From: Candidatus Latescibacterota bacterium
Lineage (GTDB): Bacteria; Latescibacterota; UBA2968; GCA-2709665
Assembly: GCA_965116875.1 (NCBI GenBank)
Contig: OZ220733.1
Span: forward strand, 3,520,001 to 3,584,000
DNA length: 64,000 nucleotides
Direction of reading: 5' to 3'
Both the position numbers and the translations under genes were made by a program. Numbering within the stretch: position 1 is the stretch's first letter; every line of letters starts with the position of its first letter. The notes under the pieces are model-generated. The model worked only from the letters and a program-made list of their open reading frames with translations, was not told where the DNA came from and ran no database searches. Positions 40,901 through 50,766 of the stretch are shown here, piece after piece.

Positions 40901-41032
40901 GATGGTGTCCCGATCGCGGTCCAGCCACGGATCCGCCTGGGTAAGGATACGCCCGGCGACTTTGCTCGCGCCGGGGTCATCCGCCGCGCGTTGCCGGGCA
41001 AGTTGGATCTGTTGCTGTGTGTAGAGATTCAC
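37934..41032 (-). CDS. heparinase II/III-like protein
   Basis: ESSPSYN, HAHFDRLNVELFAYG..LIPDLGY, TLAHATVVVDG, YRRTLALV, YVLDCFRVAGG; GTG follows AAAGGAG. Confidence 0.8.
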   Translation of the reverse strand: MNLYTQQQIQLARQRAADDPGASKVAGRILTQADPWLDRDRDTIRELMPGPEVPRSWTINFVSGCPVHGSGPNGYGGYAQGGWIHDPFKDRWRVTCAVGGESYPSNDFEAFYRSGMEDRSLLTGPYADDGWGWRGDDGPFRHWFIAYCCCSTWNAVVSGLTALSQAYLLTGDGRYAHKALVILDRLAEIYPHMDYSSQSMYALEFSPGYTGKMNDLISESGTVRQLCHALDAVRDAIPGDPVFGSDADGFRRKIESGVIGASLDGIYRGHVRSNYGGHQEALLIAALASGDRNEIARAVDWTLNNTGEATELKEMLTHFDGYIFRDKAAHAEGTNFALDNLIFREGMGWESSPSYNSSWVTHLTVIARLLEEQGVRIWDRPKFRRMYRWSEEMTCLDRFTPCIGDAGTTTGGHVSLGAETLRTAYRATGDAFIGELLRRQSNGFNSFESLLEEAVEPPPPHADGAAELKEMAAESRLMGGFGLALLRSGRGRERAAVALYYGRAATEHAHFDRLNVELFAYGRKLIPDLGYGEHAAEGDRPAVWTKNTLAHATVVVDGRRQDTQGPGRLEQFVTARGLTWVQVDAPETYHHTSEYRRTLALVEIAKDARYVLDCFRVAGGTRHDYSLHGFEGEFSANEITLTPPQKQGTLAGRDVPFGAIYDDDGLTDPLRKGRSYYTYRGGGYSYLYDARRGNPTAAWSSSWREMKSGIGLNSTFLPSDEVIVAHGDPPRKPGNPKQLTYVLLRNDSEGAASRFVAVHEPFKDTRKVHEVEQLDAGGEALALRVGHQYGEDTIRHTLGPSGSSLGLVRHDTEGRLVSLHQSGQGSISAGGHVLSISGPLSGRVAEVDPGSSTITVERDRDSLAFRKAALKGNVARIGNARRRAAYNITSVEGRGRRYRIRFSADSFRVGRFVITGVNPDGTGLSTKTNLYMAAQGYYRGAWLTDRDHEFWLPVEDVELAPHAPGVRRDAGIRLVGRHDLTAGFRIGDVAYLYDVGPGDTVEVTPSATAFRQQDGRFRVRANCRAVLAGNAN

Positions 41033-41227
41033 CTGGGCTCCTTTTCGATTTGGCGACAGCGGCGGTCGTTTGGTTCCTCTCCGTTGAACAAGCGCCAGCG
41101 CGCCTTCGGACGTCGATGATCGGCCCAACAGTATTTCGAAAGCGAGGTGAATTCGCAAGCGCAATTTCGACCGCCGGAACGACATGGCCAGGGCGCTTCG
41201 GAACGAGGACGTCGGGCTGAACGTCAG

Positions 41228-41425
41228 TTAGCCTCAATTGCGCAAAAGCCGCAACGCGGCACCACGACGAAACCTTTCGAAACGGGCCGAAATGGTCGTC
41301 ATGAAGGACATTTTTTCCGTTCACGTACAGTGTCCTGGTGTATCCTGGAAATCAGCAGTTAAATCGCCTTTTTAACTGACACATGTTCGAATTAACGTCC
41401 TCGAAAAATGAGGAATCAAGGTTAG
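41228..41425. mobile_element. MITE family A copy flanked by TTAG direct repeats
   Basis: TTAG-CCTCAATTG...GAATCAAGG-TTAG; GAAGGACATTTTTTCCGTTCACGTACAGTG shared with copy 1. Confidence 0.8.
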
Positions 41426-41623
41426 TCGCCGCTTGCCGAAGCGCTTGACGGTTGGCGCCATATTTGATAAATAGTCACTGCTGTACAGGAAGATTCGGAA
41501 AGACGAACCTGGACGGGTGTGACCGTCTGTGTTCTTGTGCCATCTGTGGCCAATGTCTTTTGGCGGCAAACCGGCAGAGCGGGACGATTGCCGCAACAAA
41601 CGCGAACTCCAGGAAAAACCTCT

Positions 41624-42565
41624 ATGAATTACCGCACGCTCGGGCGAACCGGTCTTCGAGTCTCCGTTCTGGGCATCGGTACGGGCGGACCGAGCCAGTT
41701 CGGACAGAATTCCGGCGTATCCGAGACCGACGTCAGCCGGATGGTGCGCAGGGCGCTGGCGCTGGGCGTGAATTTCTTCGATACCGCCGCAGGTTACGGG
41801 GAGAGCGAAGCCATTCTCGGCAGGGCGCTAGCGGGCGCGCCGAGGGAGGACTACGTTCTGGCCACAAAGGTACAGGTGGCGCGCGACGACTGGACCGCCA
41901 CGCCGGAAGACGTGGTCGTCACCGTGGAACGGAGCCTCGAACGGCTGCGGGTGGACGTGATCGACATTATGCAGTTCCACGGCGTGAAACCGGAAGACTA
42001 TGCACGCACGATCGAGATTTTTCTGCCTGTAATGGCGCGGCTTCAGGAACAGGGCAAATTCCGCTTTCTCGGCGTATCGGAGACGTATTCCCAGGATTTC
42101 CGGCACGAGATGTTTCCAATGGCGCTTGCGGACGACCATTTCGACACGGCAATGGTCGGATACAATATGATAAGCCCAACCGCGGAGCATCGCGTCCTGC
42201 CGATGTGCCGCGAAAAAAACGTGGGTGTGATCTGCATGGTAGCGGTACGCCGGGCGTTGAGCAGGCCGGACGTGCTGGCGGAACGCATCGCCTATGCAAA
42301 GGAAAAGGGCCTGATCGAGCGGGATTCCGTGCCGGACGACGATCCGCTGGGCTGGCTCGTGAAGGGCCACGTGACTTCGCTGCCGTCGGCCGCCTACAAA
42401 TACGTGGCGTCGCATCCGGCGATGGGCACGGTCCTGACGGGTACGGCGAATATCGATCACCTGGAAGCGAACGTGAAGGCCATTCTGGGTCCGCCGCTAC
42501 CTGACGACGATATGGCGCGATTGAGAGAAACCTTTGGCGGGGTGTGGGAGCCGTTGGGGAATTGA
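41624..42565 (+). CDS. aldo/keto reductase
   Basis: YRTLGRTGLRVSVLGIG, FFDTAAGYG.SE, LATK, SLERLRVDVID. Confidence 0.92.
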   Translation: MNYRTLGRTGLRVSVLGIGTGGPSQFGQNSGVSETDVSRMVRRALALGVNFFDTAAGYGESEAILGRALAGAPREDYVLATKVQVARDDWTATPEDVVVTVERSLERLRVDVIDIMQFHGVKPEDYARTIEIFLPVMARLQEQGKFRFLGVSETYSQDFRHEMFPMALADDHFDTAMVGYNMISPTAEHRVLPMCREKNVGVICMVAVRRALSRPDVLAERIAYAKEKGLIERDSVPDDDPLGWLVKGHVTSLPSAAYKYVASHPAMGTVLTGTANIDHLEANVKAILGPPLPDDDMARLRETFGGVWEPLGN

Positions 42566-42605
42566 GGCGGTCCGGTGATCGCTCGCTTGTCGAAAGGTTC
42601 ATTCC

Positions 42606-43712
42606 ATGATCGAGACAACTGCCGAATCCGAGGCACTGGCCGCCGCCGGCCGGAAATCCGGTTTCACGCTTATAGACGCGGACGTCCACAATTATCCCGA
42701 TTCCATTGACGAACTCCTGCCCTACCTGTCGAGGCGATGGCGGGCGTACGTGAAGCAGTCGGGGTTCACGATCCCGTCGGTTTCGATCTACCCCAAGCTC
42801 TATGCGCAGGCGGCGCGGCGCGACGCGTGGCCTTCAAATGGCAGGAAGCCCGGTTCGGACGCCGGGTTTGCCCGGGAACAGCTGCTTGACACATGGGACA
42901 TTGATTTTGCGGTCCTCAACCCGCTCGTCGCGGTGTCGTCCGTGCGGAATATCGATCTTGCAAACGCGCTGCAGCGGGCCGTCAATGAATGGACTCGTGA
43001 GGCCTGGCTGGATGCCGACAGCCGGTGGCGCGGCTCGATCGTCGTCAACATTCAGGATGCCGAAGCCGCCGCCGCCGAGATCGAGCGCGCGGCCGCCGAC
43101 CGGCGTTTTGTGCAGGTGCTGCTGCTCGTGCGCTCGTACGCGCCCTACGGCCGTCGTGAATTCCGGCCCATCTTTCGTGCCGCGGCCGCTGCGGACCTGC
43201 CCGTGGGCATTCACTTTGGCGGCGGCGGCAATCCCATTACGGCAAGCGGATGGCCATCCTATTACATCGAGGACCACACGGCAATGTCGCAGGCCTTTGA
43301 GGCGCAGGTGATCAGCCTCGTATGCGAAGGCGTCTTCGAGGACCTGCCAACGTCCAGGGTCGCCCTCGTTGAAGGCGGATTCGCATGGCTGCCTGCACTC
43401 ATGTGGCGGCTTGACAAGAATTACCGCGGTCTGCGCGGCGAAGTGCCCTGGCTCACGAAGCTGCCCAGCGAATACATCCTGGACCACTTCCGTGCGACGA
43501 CGCAGCCCATGGAGGAGCCGTCGAATCCCCGGCACCTGCTCGCCATTCTGGATATGATCGGACGCGAGGACTTCCTCATGTTCGCCACCGACTACCCGCA
43601 CTGGGACTTCGACGCACCGGACCGGGCCCTGCCCCGGGTCATCAACGGCGCCCTCAGACAGCGCATTTTTGCCGATAACGCGGCGGCCTTCTATGGTCTC
43701 GAAGACGGTTGA
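42606..43712 (+). CDS. amidohydrolase family 2 protein
   Basis: IDADVH, PVGIH, VEGGFAWLP, MFATDYPHWD. Confidence 0.9.
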   Translation: MIETTAESEALAAAGRKSGFTLIDADVHNYPDSIDELLPYLSRRWRAYVKQSGFTIPSVSIYPKLYAQAARRDAWPSNGRKPGSDAGFAREQLLDTWDIDFAVLNPLVAVSSVRNIDLANALQRAVNEWTREAWLDADSRWRGSIVVNIQDAEAAAAEIERAAADRRFVQVLLLVRSYAPYGRREFRPIFRAAAAADLPVGIHFGGGGNPITASGWPSYYIEDHTAMSQAFEAQVISLVCEGVFEDLPTSRVALVEGGFAWLPALMWRLDKNYRGLRGEVPWLTKLPSEYILDHFRATTQPMEEPSNPRHLLAILDMIGREDFLMFATDYPHWDFDAPDRALPRVINGALRQRIFADNAAAFYGLEDG

Positions 43713-44058
43713 CATCGGGTCGATTGACGACTTCGAGCCCGGACGGGCACGCCGGGTTGAGGCCGGAGGACGGGCGCTGATGGTGGTGCGGAGCGGCTTG
43801 CGGTTTTTCGCGTTGCGCGATATCTGTCCCCACCAGGGTGCGCCCCTGTCCGCGGGAAAGGTGGACGGCACAGCCCTGCCGTGTCGACCGGGCCAGGAAA
43901 TCTCCTACGGACGCCTGGGCGAAATCCTCACCTGTCCCTGGCACGGCTGGCAATTCGAGCTGGCAACCGGCCGCGCTCTGATCGAGCCGGAGCAATACCG
44001 GGTGCGGGTCTATCCCGTACGGGTTTCCGGCGGCCGTGTGATCGTGCAGATGGACTAG
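43693..44058 (+). CDS. Rieske [2Fe-2S] ferredoxin
   Basis: CPHQGAPL and CPWHGWQF. Confidence 0.92.
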   Translation: MVSKTVDIGSIDDFEPGRARRVEAGGRALMVVRSGLRFFALRDICPHQGAPLSAGKVDGTALPCRPGQEISYGRLGEILTCPWHGWQFELATGRALIEPEQYRVRVYPVRVSGGRVIVQMD

Positions 44059-44146
44059 TGTTCTGTCCCTTCCGCGTGTCCTCGGCCTCGACATTCATCG
44101 CGCCGGACACACAGGCGACAACTCCCCGATCGGAGCCACGACGAGT

Positions 44147-45331
44147 TTGATCCGGATCAGCAATCCGTTTTCCGAGTGGAACCGGGACTTCAGACTCCTG
44201 GGCGCGGCGGCGTTTTCCGTGGGCGTGTTTTTCGGCGTCCAACTGACGTTGTACAACAACTTCGCCGTGGAACGCCTCGGCATCGAGCCGCACGAACTCG
44301 GGTACGTGGAAGCCCTTCGGGAGACGTCGGGGTTCCTGAACGCGTTCTTCATCGCGCTGATGATCCGGCTGGCCCCGCCGGTCGTCGCCGGCGTTTCCCT
44401 GGTGGTGATGGGCGCGGGCCTCGCCGCGTACGCGGACGTGCATACCGTTTTCTCCCTCGCGGTTTATTCGGCGCTGTGGGGCATCGGGTTCCATTGCTGG
44501 ATCCCGATGGAGCAATCCATGGCGCTGCGGTTTTCTCCCGAGGGCAGGAAGGGGAAATGGCTGGGTCAGTTGAGGAGCGTACACGCCTTTGCGTGGCTGC
44601 TGACCATCGGTGTCTGCAATCTGATTTTCCATATGGCCCGCTACGACTGGCTGTTCGCGGCTGCCGGAGCAATCACCGCGCTGGGCGGGCTGACGATCTT
44701 CTTTGCCAGCCGGAAACGCCCGGATATGCGGGAGAAGAGTTTCGTTTTCCGCCGCCGCTACGGTCTGTATTATGCGTTGAATTTCCTGCAGGGCTGCCGG
44801 AAGCAGATGTTCATCACGTTTGCCATCTTCGCGCTGGTGAAAGTCCATGGGATGCCGGTGGAAACGACGATGGCGCTCGTACTGATCAATCAGACGCTGA
44901 TTACGTTAACGGCCCCGCTGATGGGCCGGCTGGTTGACAGGCACGGCGAACGGGCCGTGCTCAGCTGGAGCTACATCGGGCTGGCCTTCGTCTTTTTCGG
45001 TTACGGCGCGATTCAGCACCGTCCGACGCTGTACGTGCTTTATTGCGTGGACAACCTTATTTTCTTCGGGGGAATCGCATTGACCACGTACCTGCACAAG
45101 ATCTCGCCTCCGGAGGACCTGAAGCCCACGCTGTCCATGGGCGTTACAATGAATCATTTCGCAGCGGTGGCGGCGCCGCTTGTCGGCGGGCTGGTCTGGC
45201 GTTACTTCGGCTACCAGGTGATCTTTTTCAGCGGCGCGGTTCTGGCCCTGATCTCGCTGGTGGTGAGCCAGTGGGTGGATCCCGAGGGTATGTTGCGGCG
45301 GGAGCGCGAAGCGGTCGCATTGGCGGACTGA
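44147..45331 (+). CDS. MFS transporter
   Basis: About 12 TM helices, MGRLVDRHGER. Confidence 0.85.
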   Translation: MIRISNPFSEWNRDFRLLGAAAFSVGVFFGVQLTLYNNFAVERLGIEPHELGYVEALRETSGFLNAFFIALMIRLAPPVVAGVSLVVMGAGLAAYADVHTVFSLAVYSALWGIGFHCWIPMEQSMALRFSPEGRKGKWLGQLRSVHAFAWLLTIGVCNLIFHMARYDWLFAAAGAITALGGLTIFFASRKRPDMREKSFVFRRRYGLYYALNFLQGCRKQMFITFAIFALVKVHGMPVETTMALVLINQTLITLTAPLMGRLVDRHGERAVLSWSYIGLAFVFFGYGAIQHRPTLYVLYCVDNLIFFGGIALTTYLHKISPPEDLKPTLSMGVTMNHFAAVAAPLVGGLVWRYFGYQVIFFSGAVLALISLVVSQWVDPEGMLRREREAVALAD

Positions 45332-45454
45332 ATGCCGCGGCATACCGGGTCGCCGTGCTGCCGGCAATGGACGAAAGGCGAACCGGATTCTGCCGGGGCG
45401 GGCATTCGGACGCATGTGCGGGAGAACACGATTGTTTCGGATAGGGAGGGCAGG

Positions 45455-46408
45455 ATGAAATTTCGAGAACTTGGGAGAACGGGAATTCAGGTCTCTGAGG
45501 TGGGGTTGGGTTGCTGGCCGATCGGCGGGGCGTCGTTCCGGGGCGGCAGTCCAACGGGCTGGTCCGGTGTGGACGTGATGGCGTCGATCGAAACCGTCCG
45601 TGCATCCTGGGCGCACGGCGTGACGTTCTACGATACGGCGGATGCGTACGGCCGGGGGAAGAGCGAGGTGCTGGTGGGCCTGGGATTGTACGGGAACAAG
45701 AACGACGCCGTGATTTGCACCAAGGTTGGGATGAGCCTCGCGGCGCCGGGACAGGACTTCTCGGAGCCGTATATTCTGGGTGCGCTGGACGCGAGCCTTA
45801 CGCGTCTGGAGCGGGATTACGTCGATCTCTACCTGCTGCACGGCCCTCCCCTGGAAGGGATGACGGACGCGCTGTTCGGGTTGATGAACGATCTGAAGGG
45901 TTCGGGCAAGATTCGTGCATGGGGCGTGTCGATCAGTCCGGTGGAAACCTCCGACGTGGTCGTGGAGGAAGGGATGCGCGCCATGGAGGGCGGCGCCGAG
46001 GCGATTCAACTGGTGTACAATTTGCTTCAGCAGAAGGAGGGTGACGCCCTGTTCCCGGCGGCCATGGAAAAGGGGGTGGGGATGATCGCGCGGGTGCCGC
46101 TGGCGTCGGGCTGGCTGACGGGAAAGTACAACGAGAATACCGCGTTTCCCGCGGACGATCTGCGGAGTCTCAGGTACACGCCCGACAGGGTGAAGGAGAC
46201 GGCGGCGCAGGTCGGCAAGCTGGGTTTTCTGCTGGAGGAGGCGGATTCGATGGTCGACGCGGCGCTGCGGTTCGTGCTTTCGAATCCCGCGGTTTCCACC
46301 GTCATTCCCGGGGCGAAGACGCCCGCGCAACTCGACGGTGTCGTCAGGGCGGCCGGGAAGACGCTCTCACGCGAATCGCTGGACCGGATCCGGGAGGTTT
46401 TCGACTGA
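45455..46408 (+). CDS. aldo/keto reductase
   Basis: FRELGRTGIQVSEVGLGCW, YDTADAYGRGKSE, DYVDLYLLH, VIPGAKT. Confidence 0.92.
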   Translation: MKFRELGRTGIQVSEVGLGCWPIGGASFRGGSPTGWSGVDVMASIETVRASWAHGVTFYDTADAYGRGKSEVLVGLGLYGNKNDAVICTKVGMSLAAPGQDFSEPYILGALDASLTRLERDYVDLYLLHGPPLEGMTDALFGLMNDLKGSGKIRAWGVSISPVETSDVVVEEGMRAMEGGAEAIQLVYNLLQQKEGDALFPAAMEKGVGMIARVPLASGWLTGKYNENTAFPADDLRSLRYTPDRVKETAAQVGKLGFLLEEADSMVDAALRFVLSNPAVSTVIPGAKTPAQLDGVVRAAGKTLSRESLDRIREVFD

Positions 46409-46527
46409 ATGTACTCCGTTGAAGAACGGCCGGCAACGTGAGCCGGTCCCGCGGCCCCGTCATTGGTCGCGCACGCGGAACCTTTACAGGAAGCATTCAG
46501 CGCAATTACAGGATGGAGGACGACCAG

Positions 46528-47511
46528 ATGGTAGGGTTTGCGGTGGTTGGCCTGGGTATGGGACGGAACCGGTCCAGATTGATACAGGACACGGACGGGG
46601 CTGAATTGAAGATGGTCGTGGATCTGGACGAAACCCGTCTCAGGGACGTGAGTTCGGAACTGGACGTGGAAGGCACAGTGGACCTGGACGCGGCGTTGGG
46701 TCGTGATGACGTGGACGTGGTGATGGTGATGACGCCAAGCGGGACCCATGCAGAGTTGGGAATACGGGCCGCGCGCGCGGGCAAGCACGTGATTACGACC
46801 AAGCCCATGGACGTGTCTACCGAAGCTTGCGACCGGCTGATCGCTGCATGCGACCAGGCCGGTGTACTCTGCGGCGTGGATTACGTCAGCCGGTACGCGG
46901 ACAGCACCTGGCGCGTGGCCGAGGCGCTTCGGCAGGGCTGGCTCGGGAAACCCATTCTGGGCGAAGTCAGATTCAAGTGGTTCAGAGCGCAGTCCTACTT
47001 CGAGGCAAGCGGCGGATGGCGCGGTACGTGGAAGATGGACGGCGGCGGGTCGCTGGCAAACCAGGGCGCGCACCTGCTGGACGTGTTGTGCTGGTTCATG
47101 GGAGACGCGGTTTCCGTCTATGGCGAAACGGCCATCATGAATCACGAAATCGAGACCGAGGATATAGGGCTTGCAATCGTGAATTTCGAGAGCGGCGCGA
47201 AGGGTACGATCGTTGGAACGACGACGTTCCCGGCAAGTCCGTACTTCAGCGCCGAAGTCCACGGAACGACCGGCGGCGTGCTGATCCCCGACGTGCTCAC
47301 CGGCAGTATGCGGGTATTTGGCGAGGGATTGGAGGAACGGCTGGCGGCGGTGGAGAACCCGCTCAAGAATATCGTGCAGGACGTGGTCAGCGCGGTGGAG
47401 AGAAAGACGCCGCTCCGGGTGGATGGAAGGGAGGGACGCCGTACGGTGGCCTTGCTGGAGGCCATCTACACGTCTGCGAGGAAAGGCCGGCGGATTGACC
47501 TTGGCGCATAA
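46528..47511 (+). CDS. Gfo/Idh/MocA family oxidoreductase
   Basis: FAVVGLGMG, TPSGTH, WRGTWKMDGGGSLANQGAHLLD. Confidence 0.9.
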   Translation: MVGFAVVGLGMGRNRSRLIQDTDGAELKMVVDLDETRLRDVSSELDVEGTVDLDAALGRDDVDVVMVMTPSGTHAELGIRAARAGKHVITTKPMDVSTEACDRLIAACDQAGVLCGVDYVSRYADSTWRVAEALRQGWLGKPILGEVRFKWFRAQSYFEASGGWRGTWKMDGGGSLANQGAHLLDVLCWFMGDAVSVYGETAIMNHEIETEDIGLAIVNFESGAKGTIVGTTTFPASPYFSAEVHGTTGGVLIPDVLTGSMRVFGEGLEERLAAVENPLKNIVQDVVSAVERKTPLRVDGREGRRTVALLEAIYTSARKGRRIDLGA

Positions 47512-47577
47512 CTGGCAAATCGTATAGACGCTTCCACGTCCGCGATTTTCCTGTCGATCCGATGCGTCATGTCCGGC

Positions 47578-48192
47578 TCACACGGATGGGGAATCGATTC
47601 TGGCCACGCCGATCATCGCGTCGCGCGTGACCAGCGGGACAAGCTCTGCCTCGGTGAGGCTTTCCGCGCCGTCAGGCCGTACCGGCAGGACCATGTAACG
47701 AAGATCCGAATTGCTGTCCCAGACACGGACTTCGACCGAATCCGGCAGATGCAGGTCGAATTCCCTGAGGACGGCCCGCGGTTCCCGTACGAGCCGCGAA
47801 CGGTAGGCGTAGGACTTGTACCAGCCGGGAGGCAGCCCGAGCAGCGGCCACGGATAACAGGAACAGAGGGTGCAGACGACGACGTTGTGGACCGACGACG
47901 TGTTTTCGAGTACAACGATCTCTGCGCCCTCCTTGCCGACGAAACCCAGTTCGGCGATCGCCGCGGTACCGTTCTCCAGCAGTCTGCGTTTGTAGCCGGG
48001 GTCCGACCAGGCGCGGGCCACCACCCGGGCGCCGTTGAGGGGTCCCACGTCTTTCTCGTACCTTTCCACGACCCTGTCTATCGTGTCGGTCGCCAGCAAC
48101 CCTTTTTCAACCAGGAGCGATTCCAGCGCCCGGGTGCGCAACGCCGCGTCGGACTCGCTCCGGACGGGTTCTTCCTGTCGTTTCATGTCCAT
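47578..48192 (-). CDS. nthA: cobalt-type nitrile hydratase alpha subunit
   Basis: [10 protein letters not shown] metal motif (Thr/Tyr pattern of the Co type), [19 protein letters not shown]. Confidence 0.95.
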   Translation of the reverse strand: MDMKRQEEPVRSESDAALRTRALESLLVEKGLLATDTIDRVVERYEKDVGPLNGARVVARAWSDPGYKRRLLENGTAAIAELGFVGKEGAEIVVLENTSSVHNVVVCTLCSCYPWPLLGLPPGWYKSYAYRSRLVREPRAVLREFDLHLPDSVEVRVWDSNSDLRYMVLPVRPDGAESLTEAELVPLVTRDAMIGVARIDSPSV

Positions 48193-48201
48193 GGAACCTC
48201 T

Positions 48202-48888
48202 CTATTCCGATTCTGACTGCGCGGGAGTGAGATAACCTTCCCACATGTCCAGATAGACTGCGTCTTCGGCTTCGGCCGACTCCCCCCACAGGTCCCGCGA
48301 TTCGAAGCGTACCGCATACAGCGGTTGCTCGCGCCGCACGCACCCTCCGGGCAACTCGGCGTCCTGGAGGCTGTGGATGCCATAATAGCGCGTGATCGTA
48401 CCCGTTTTTCCCCGGACGTACCGCGGAAGCCGCGTGTGTCCTTCGGGGTGGATGTTTCTCGCGCGTACGCGGTCGCCTCCCTGAAACTGCGGCAGGACAT
48501 CCACGCGCGACGGCGTGGACGAAGCGGGTCTTCGCCTCGCGAACTTCGCCCGGACGCCATCCGGGTTGGGGTGGACGGGCGTTTCGGCGTCCGGTTTCTC
48601 CCGGAACAGCGCCACTCTCGTTTCCAACTCGTCCGACGTCATCGCTCCGGCATCGATCAGGCCCCTGATCCTGGAATGCAGCCACTTTTCGTAGTAGGTG
48701 GATGCCAGGTAATGGGCGGGGTCCATATTCTCGATGTTGTTGCGCGAACCTCCCGGGACCGGCACGGGTATGGCGACACCCATGCCGAGTACGCGTTTTT
48801 CCCACTCATGGTGGAACAGGGGTTCGTTTTCTTCGAGAATGATCGGGCCGAATCCGTGCATTCCGCCCATGTCATGGATGCCGTCCAT
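48202..48888 (-). CDS. nthB: nitrile hydratase beta subunit
   Basis: MDGIHDMGGMHGFG, YYEKW, GHTRLPRYVRGKTG, DMWEGYL. Confidence 0.95.
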   Translation of the reverse strand: MDGIHDMGGMHGFGPIILEENEPLFHHEWEKRVLGMGVAIPVPVPGGSRNNIENMDPAHYLASTYYEKWLHSRIRGLIDAGAMTSDELETRVALFREKPDAETPVHPNPDGVRAKFARRRPASSTPSRVDVLPQFQGGDRVRARNIHPEGHTRLPRYVRGKTGTITRYYGIHSLQDAELPGGCVRREQPLYAVRFESRDLWGESAEAEDAVYLDMWEGYLTPAQSESE

Positions 48889-48973
48889 GGGAGGGTTCCC
48901 TTGTCCGTCAGGCCTGTCTCGTCAGCGGCTTCGCGGATGGGTTGCGCCGCGGCGGACGCTTCGATCACCCGCT

Positions 48974-49675
48974 TCAGTTGTCGTTTCCTTCGTAGACGGG
49001 TCTGCCGCGAACCAGAATCCGTTTGGGATTCGGTACGTCGGACAGTTCGTCCACGCTGTGGTACCCTATCGTCATGCTTATGCGCGTGCGGTCCGTACGG
49101 TTCTCACCGATACCGTGCATGAGCAGGCTGTCGATCACCAGCATTCCACCGGCCGGCATCGGCGCAACCAGCGCCTGGTCCAGCAGGGACCGGGTCCAGT
49201 CGTGGCCGTAGAGGCGCCCTTCGATGCCGGGAAAATGGTGAGAGCCGGGGACGAGAAGCGTGGCGCCGTTTTCAACCGTCGTCTCCTGCAGATAGAAGAT
49301 CACCGTAAAGATCGTCCGCGACCATTGCCTCACGTCACGGTGGAATCCGTCCGGCCCGGTCTCCACGGACGTGTTCAGCGTTGCATGGTTGTGCCGGTTT
49401 GTGACCAGTTCGATATTGGGCCCCATCAGGCGCTCCAGTGGGTCCAGCACGATGGCGCTGGATGCCGTTTCGAGGAAAACCGGATCCCGGTCGACAAGGC
49501 TCGAGATTCTGACCACTCGCCCGTCCGCGTTTTTCACCACGGGTTCGACCTCGTCCCGGATGTCCGCAAGCACGGCCCGCCGGAGTGTGTCGATGGTCTC
49601 CCCGGGAAGCCGATCCGGAAGTCTCAGGAAGCCGTTGTGGCGAAACAGGTGTACCTGTTCCGGTGAGAGGGACAT
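48974..49675 (-). CDS. phytanoyl-CoA dioxygenase (PhyH) family protein
   Basis: FRHNGFL, FHRD, ENGATLLVPGSH, LMHG..NRTDRTR. Confidence 0.85.
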   Translation of the reverse strand: MSLSPEQVHLFRHNGFLRLPDRLPGETIDTLRRAVLADIRDEVEPVVKNADGRVVRISSLVDRDPVFLETASSAIVLDPLERLMGPNIELVTNRHNHATLNTSVETGPDGFHRDVRQWSRTIFTVIFYLQETTVENGATLLVPGSHHFPGIEGRLYGHDWTRSLLDQALVAPMPAGGMLVIDSLLMHGIGENRTDRTRISMTIGYHSVDELSDVPNPKRILVRGRPVYEGNDN

Positions 49676-49689
49676 GGCGGAAGTTTCCG

Positions 49690-50427
49690 TCAGGAGGGTT
49701 GAGGGAAGGGGTGAGGGTGGCCGATGTAGATACGTTCGCCGGCGGCGAGTATTTTCTCAGGATCGTCCTTCATGACGTCGTGCGGGTCGTGGGCCTGGTA
49801 GGCGAGCGTCATGCTTCTGCGTGACGTGTCTGCGCCGTTGACGCCCGCGCCGTGGAAACAGCAATCATTGAAGAGTAGCACGCCTCCTTCCGGCATCGGT
49901 ACCGGCAGGGATTTATGGAAGAGGTCGCTCTCTTCAAATCCGCATCCGGGACGCCTCTGACGCTGGAAGGGACGCCGGTGACTGCCTGGTACGATGCGGA
50001 TGCATCCGTTCTCCAGGGTGGATTCCTCCAGGTAGACGAGGGCGGTGACCAATGTGGGGTGGTAGGGCTCCTCTCCGCTGTGCCAGTAAACGTGCTCGGA
50101 TCCGGGGGGCCTGACCATGATGTGATTGTGTTTGTTCGTGAGCAGTTCGATATTGGGTCCGAGGATGGATTTCAACGGCGTCAGGATCACCGGATGTGAC
50201 GCGGCCTCGACGTACGTGCGGTCACGGGAGAGAATCTTCGAGAGGCGCCGCACGTCACCCGGCTCACGAGAACCGGTTTTCTCCCATACGACCGGCTCGA
50301 TCATCCCGCCGATCTGCCGGTCGGTCACGGCATTCAGCCGTTCCACCAGGTCGGGCGGCAGCAGTTCAGGGACGCGGTAGAAGCCGGTGTGATTGAAATA
50401 CCAGAGGTCCTCTTCGCTCACGGACAA
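49690..50427 (-). CDS. phytanoyl-CoA dioxygenase (PhyH) family protein
   Basis: WHSG (HxD variant), ENGCIRIVPGSH, FHGAGVN...SRRS. Confidence 0.8.
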   Translation of the reverse strand: MSVSEEDLWYFNHTGFYRVPELLPPDLVERLNAVTDRQIGGMIEPVVWEKTGSREPGDVRRLSKILSRDRTYVEAASHPVILTPLKSILGPNIELLTNKHNHIMVRPPGSEHVYWHSGEEPYHPTLVTALVYLEESTLENGCIRIVPGSHRRPFQRQRRPGCGFEESDLFHKSLPVPMPEGGVLLFNDCCFHGAGVNGADTSRRSMTLAYQAHDPHDVMKDDPEKILAAGERIYIGHPHPFPQPS

Positions 50428-50471
50428 GGCATTCCCCCGTCATGTGTGAATTGCGTCACGGATCGGCGAAT

Positions 50472-50501
50472 ATGGTAAAGCGGTTCCGGACGCCTTGTCA
50501 A
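50472..50501 (-). promoter_or_regulatory. putative sigma70 promoter for the phyH-phyH-nthBA run
   Basis: Minus strand TTGACA-18 nt-TACCAT. Confidence 0.45.
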
Positions 50502-50766
50502 GCGTATTCTGGCTGTCCGCACGGGGGATGCGGGAGTGCAAGGGCGGGAACCGGTACGCGCGGACTGACAGGATCCAATGCGGTTCGTTTTTACTGTGGC
50601 GTGAAATCGAAAAAACGTTATATTTAGGTATGACGTGCGTTTGATGCCCACACCCGTCGGGCGTCTCAACGTTTCAGCCAGTCAGGGTGGGCGGACGATC
50701 TGCAAGGGTCGAGCGGCCGTTCCCCAAGGGGCGGTCTTTTTACGTACACCACGAAAGGGTTGCTAC

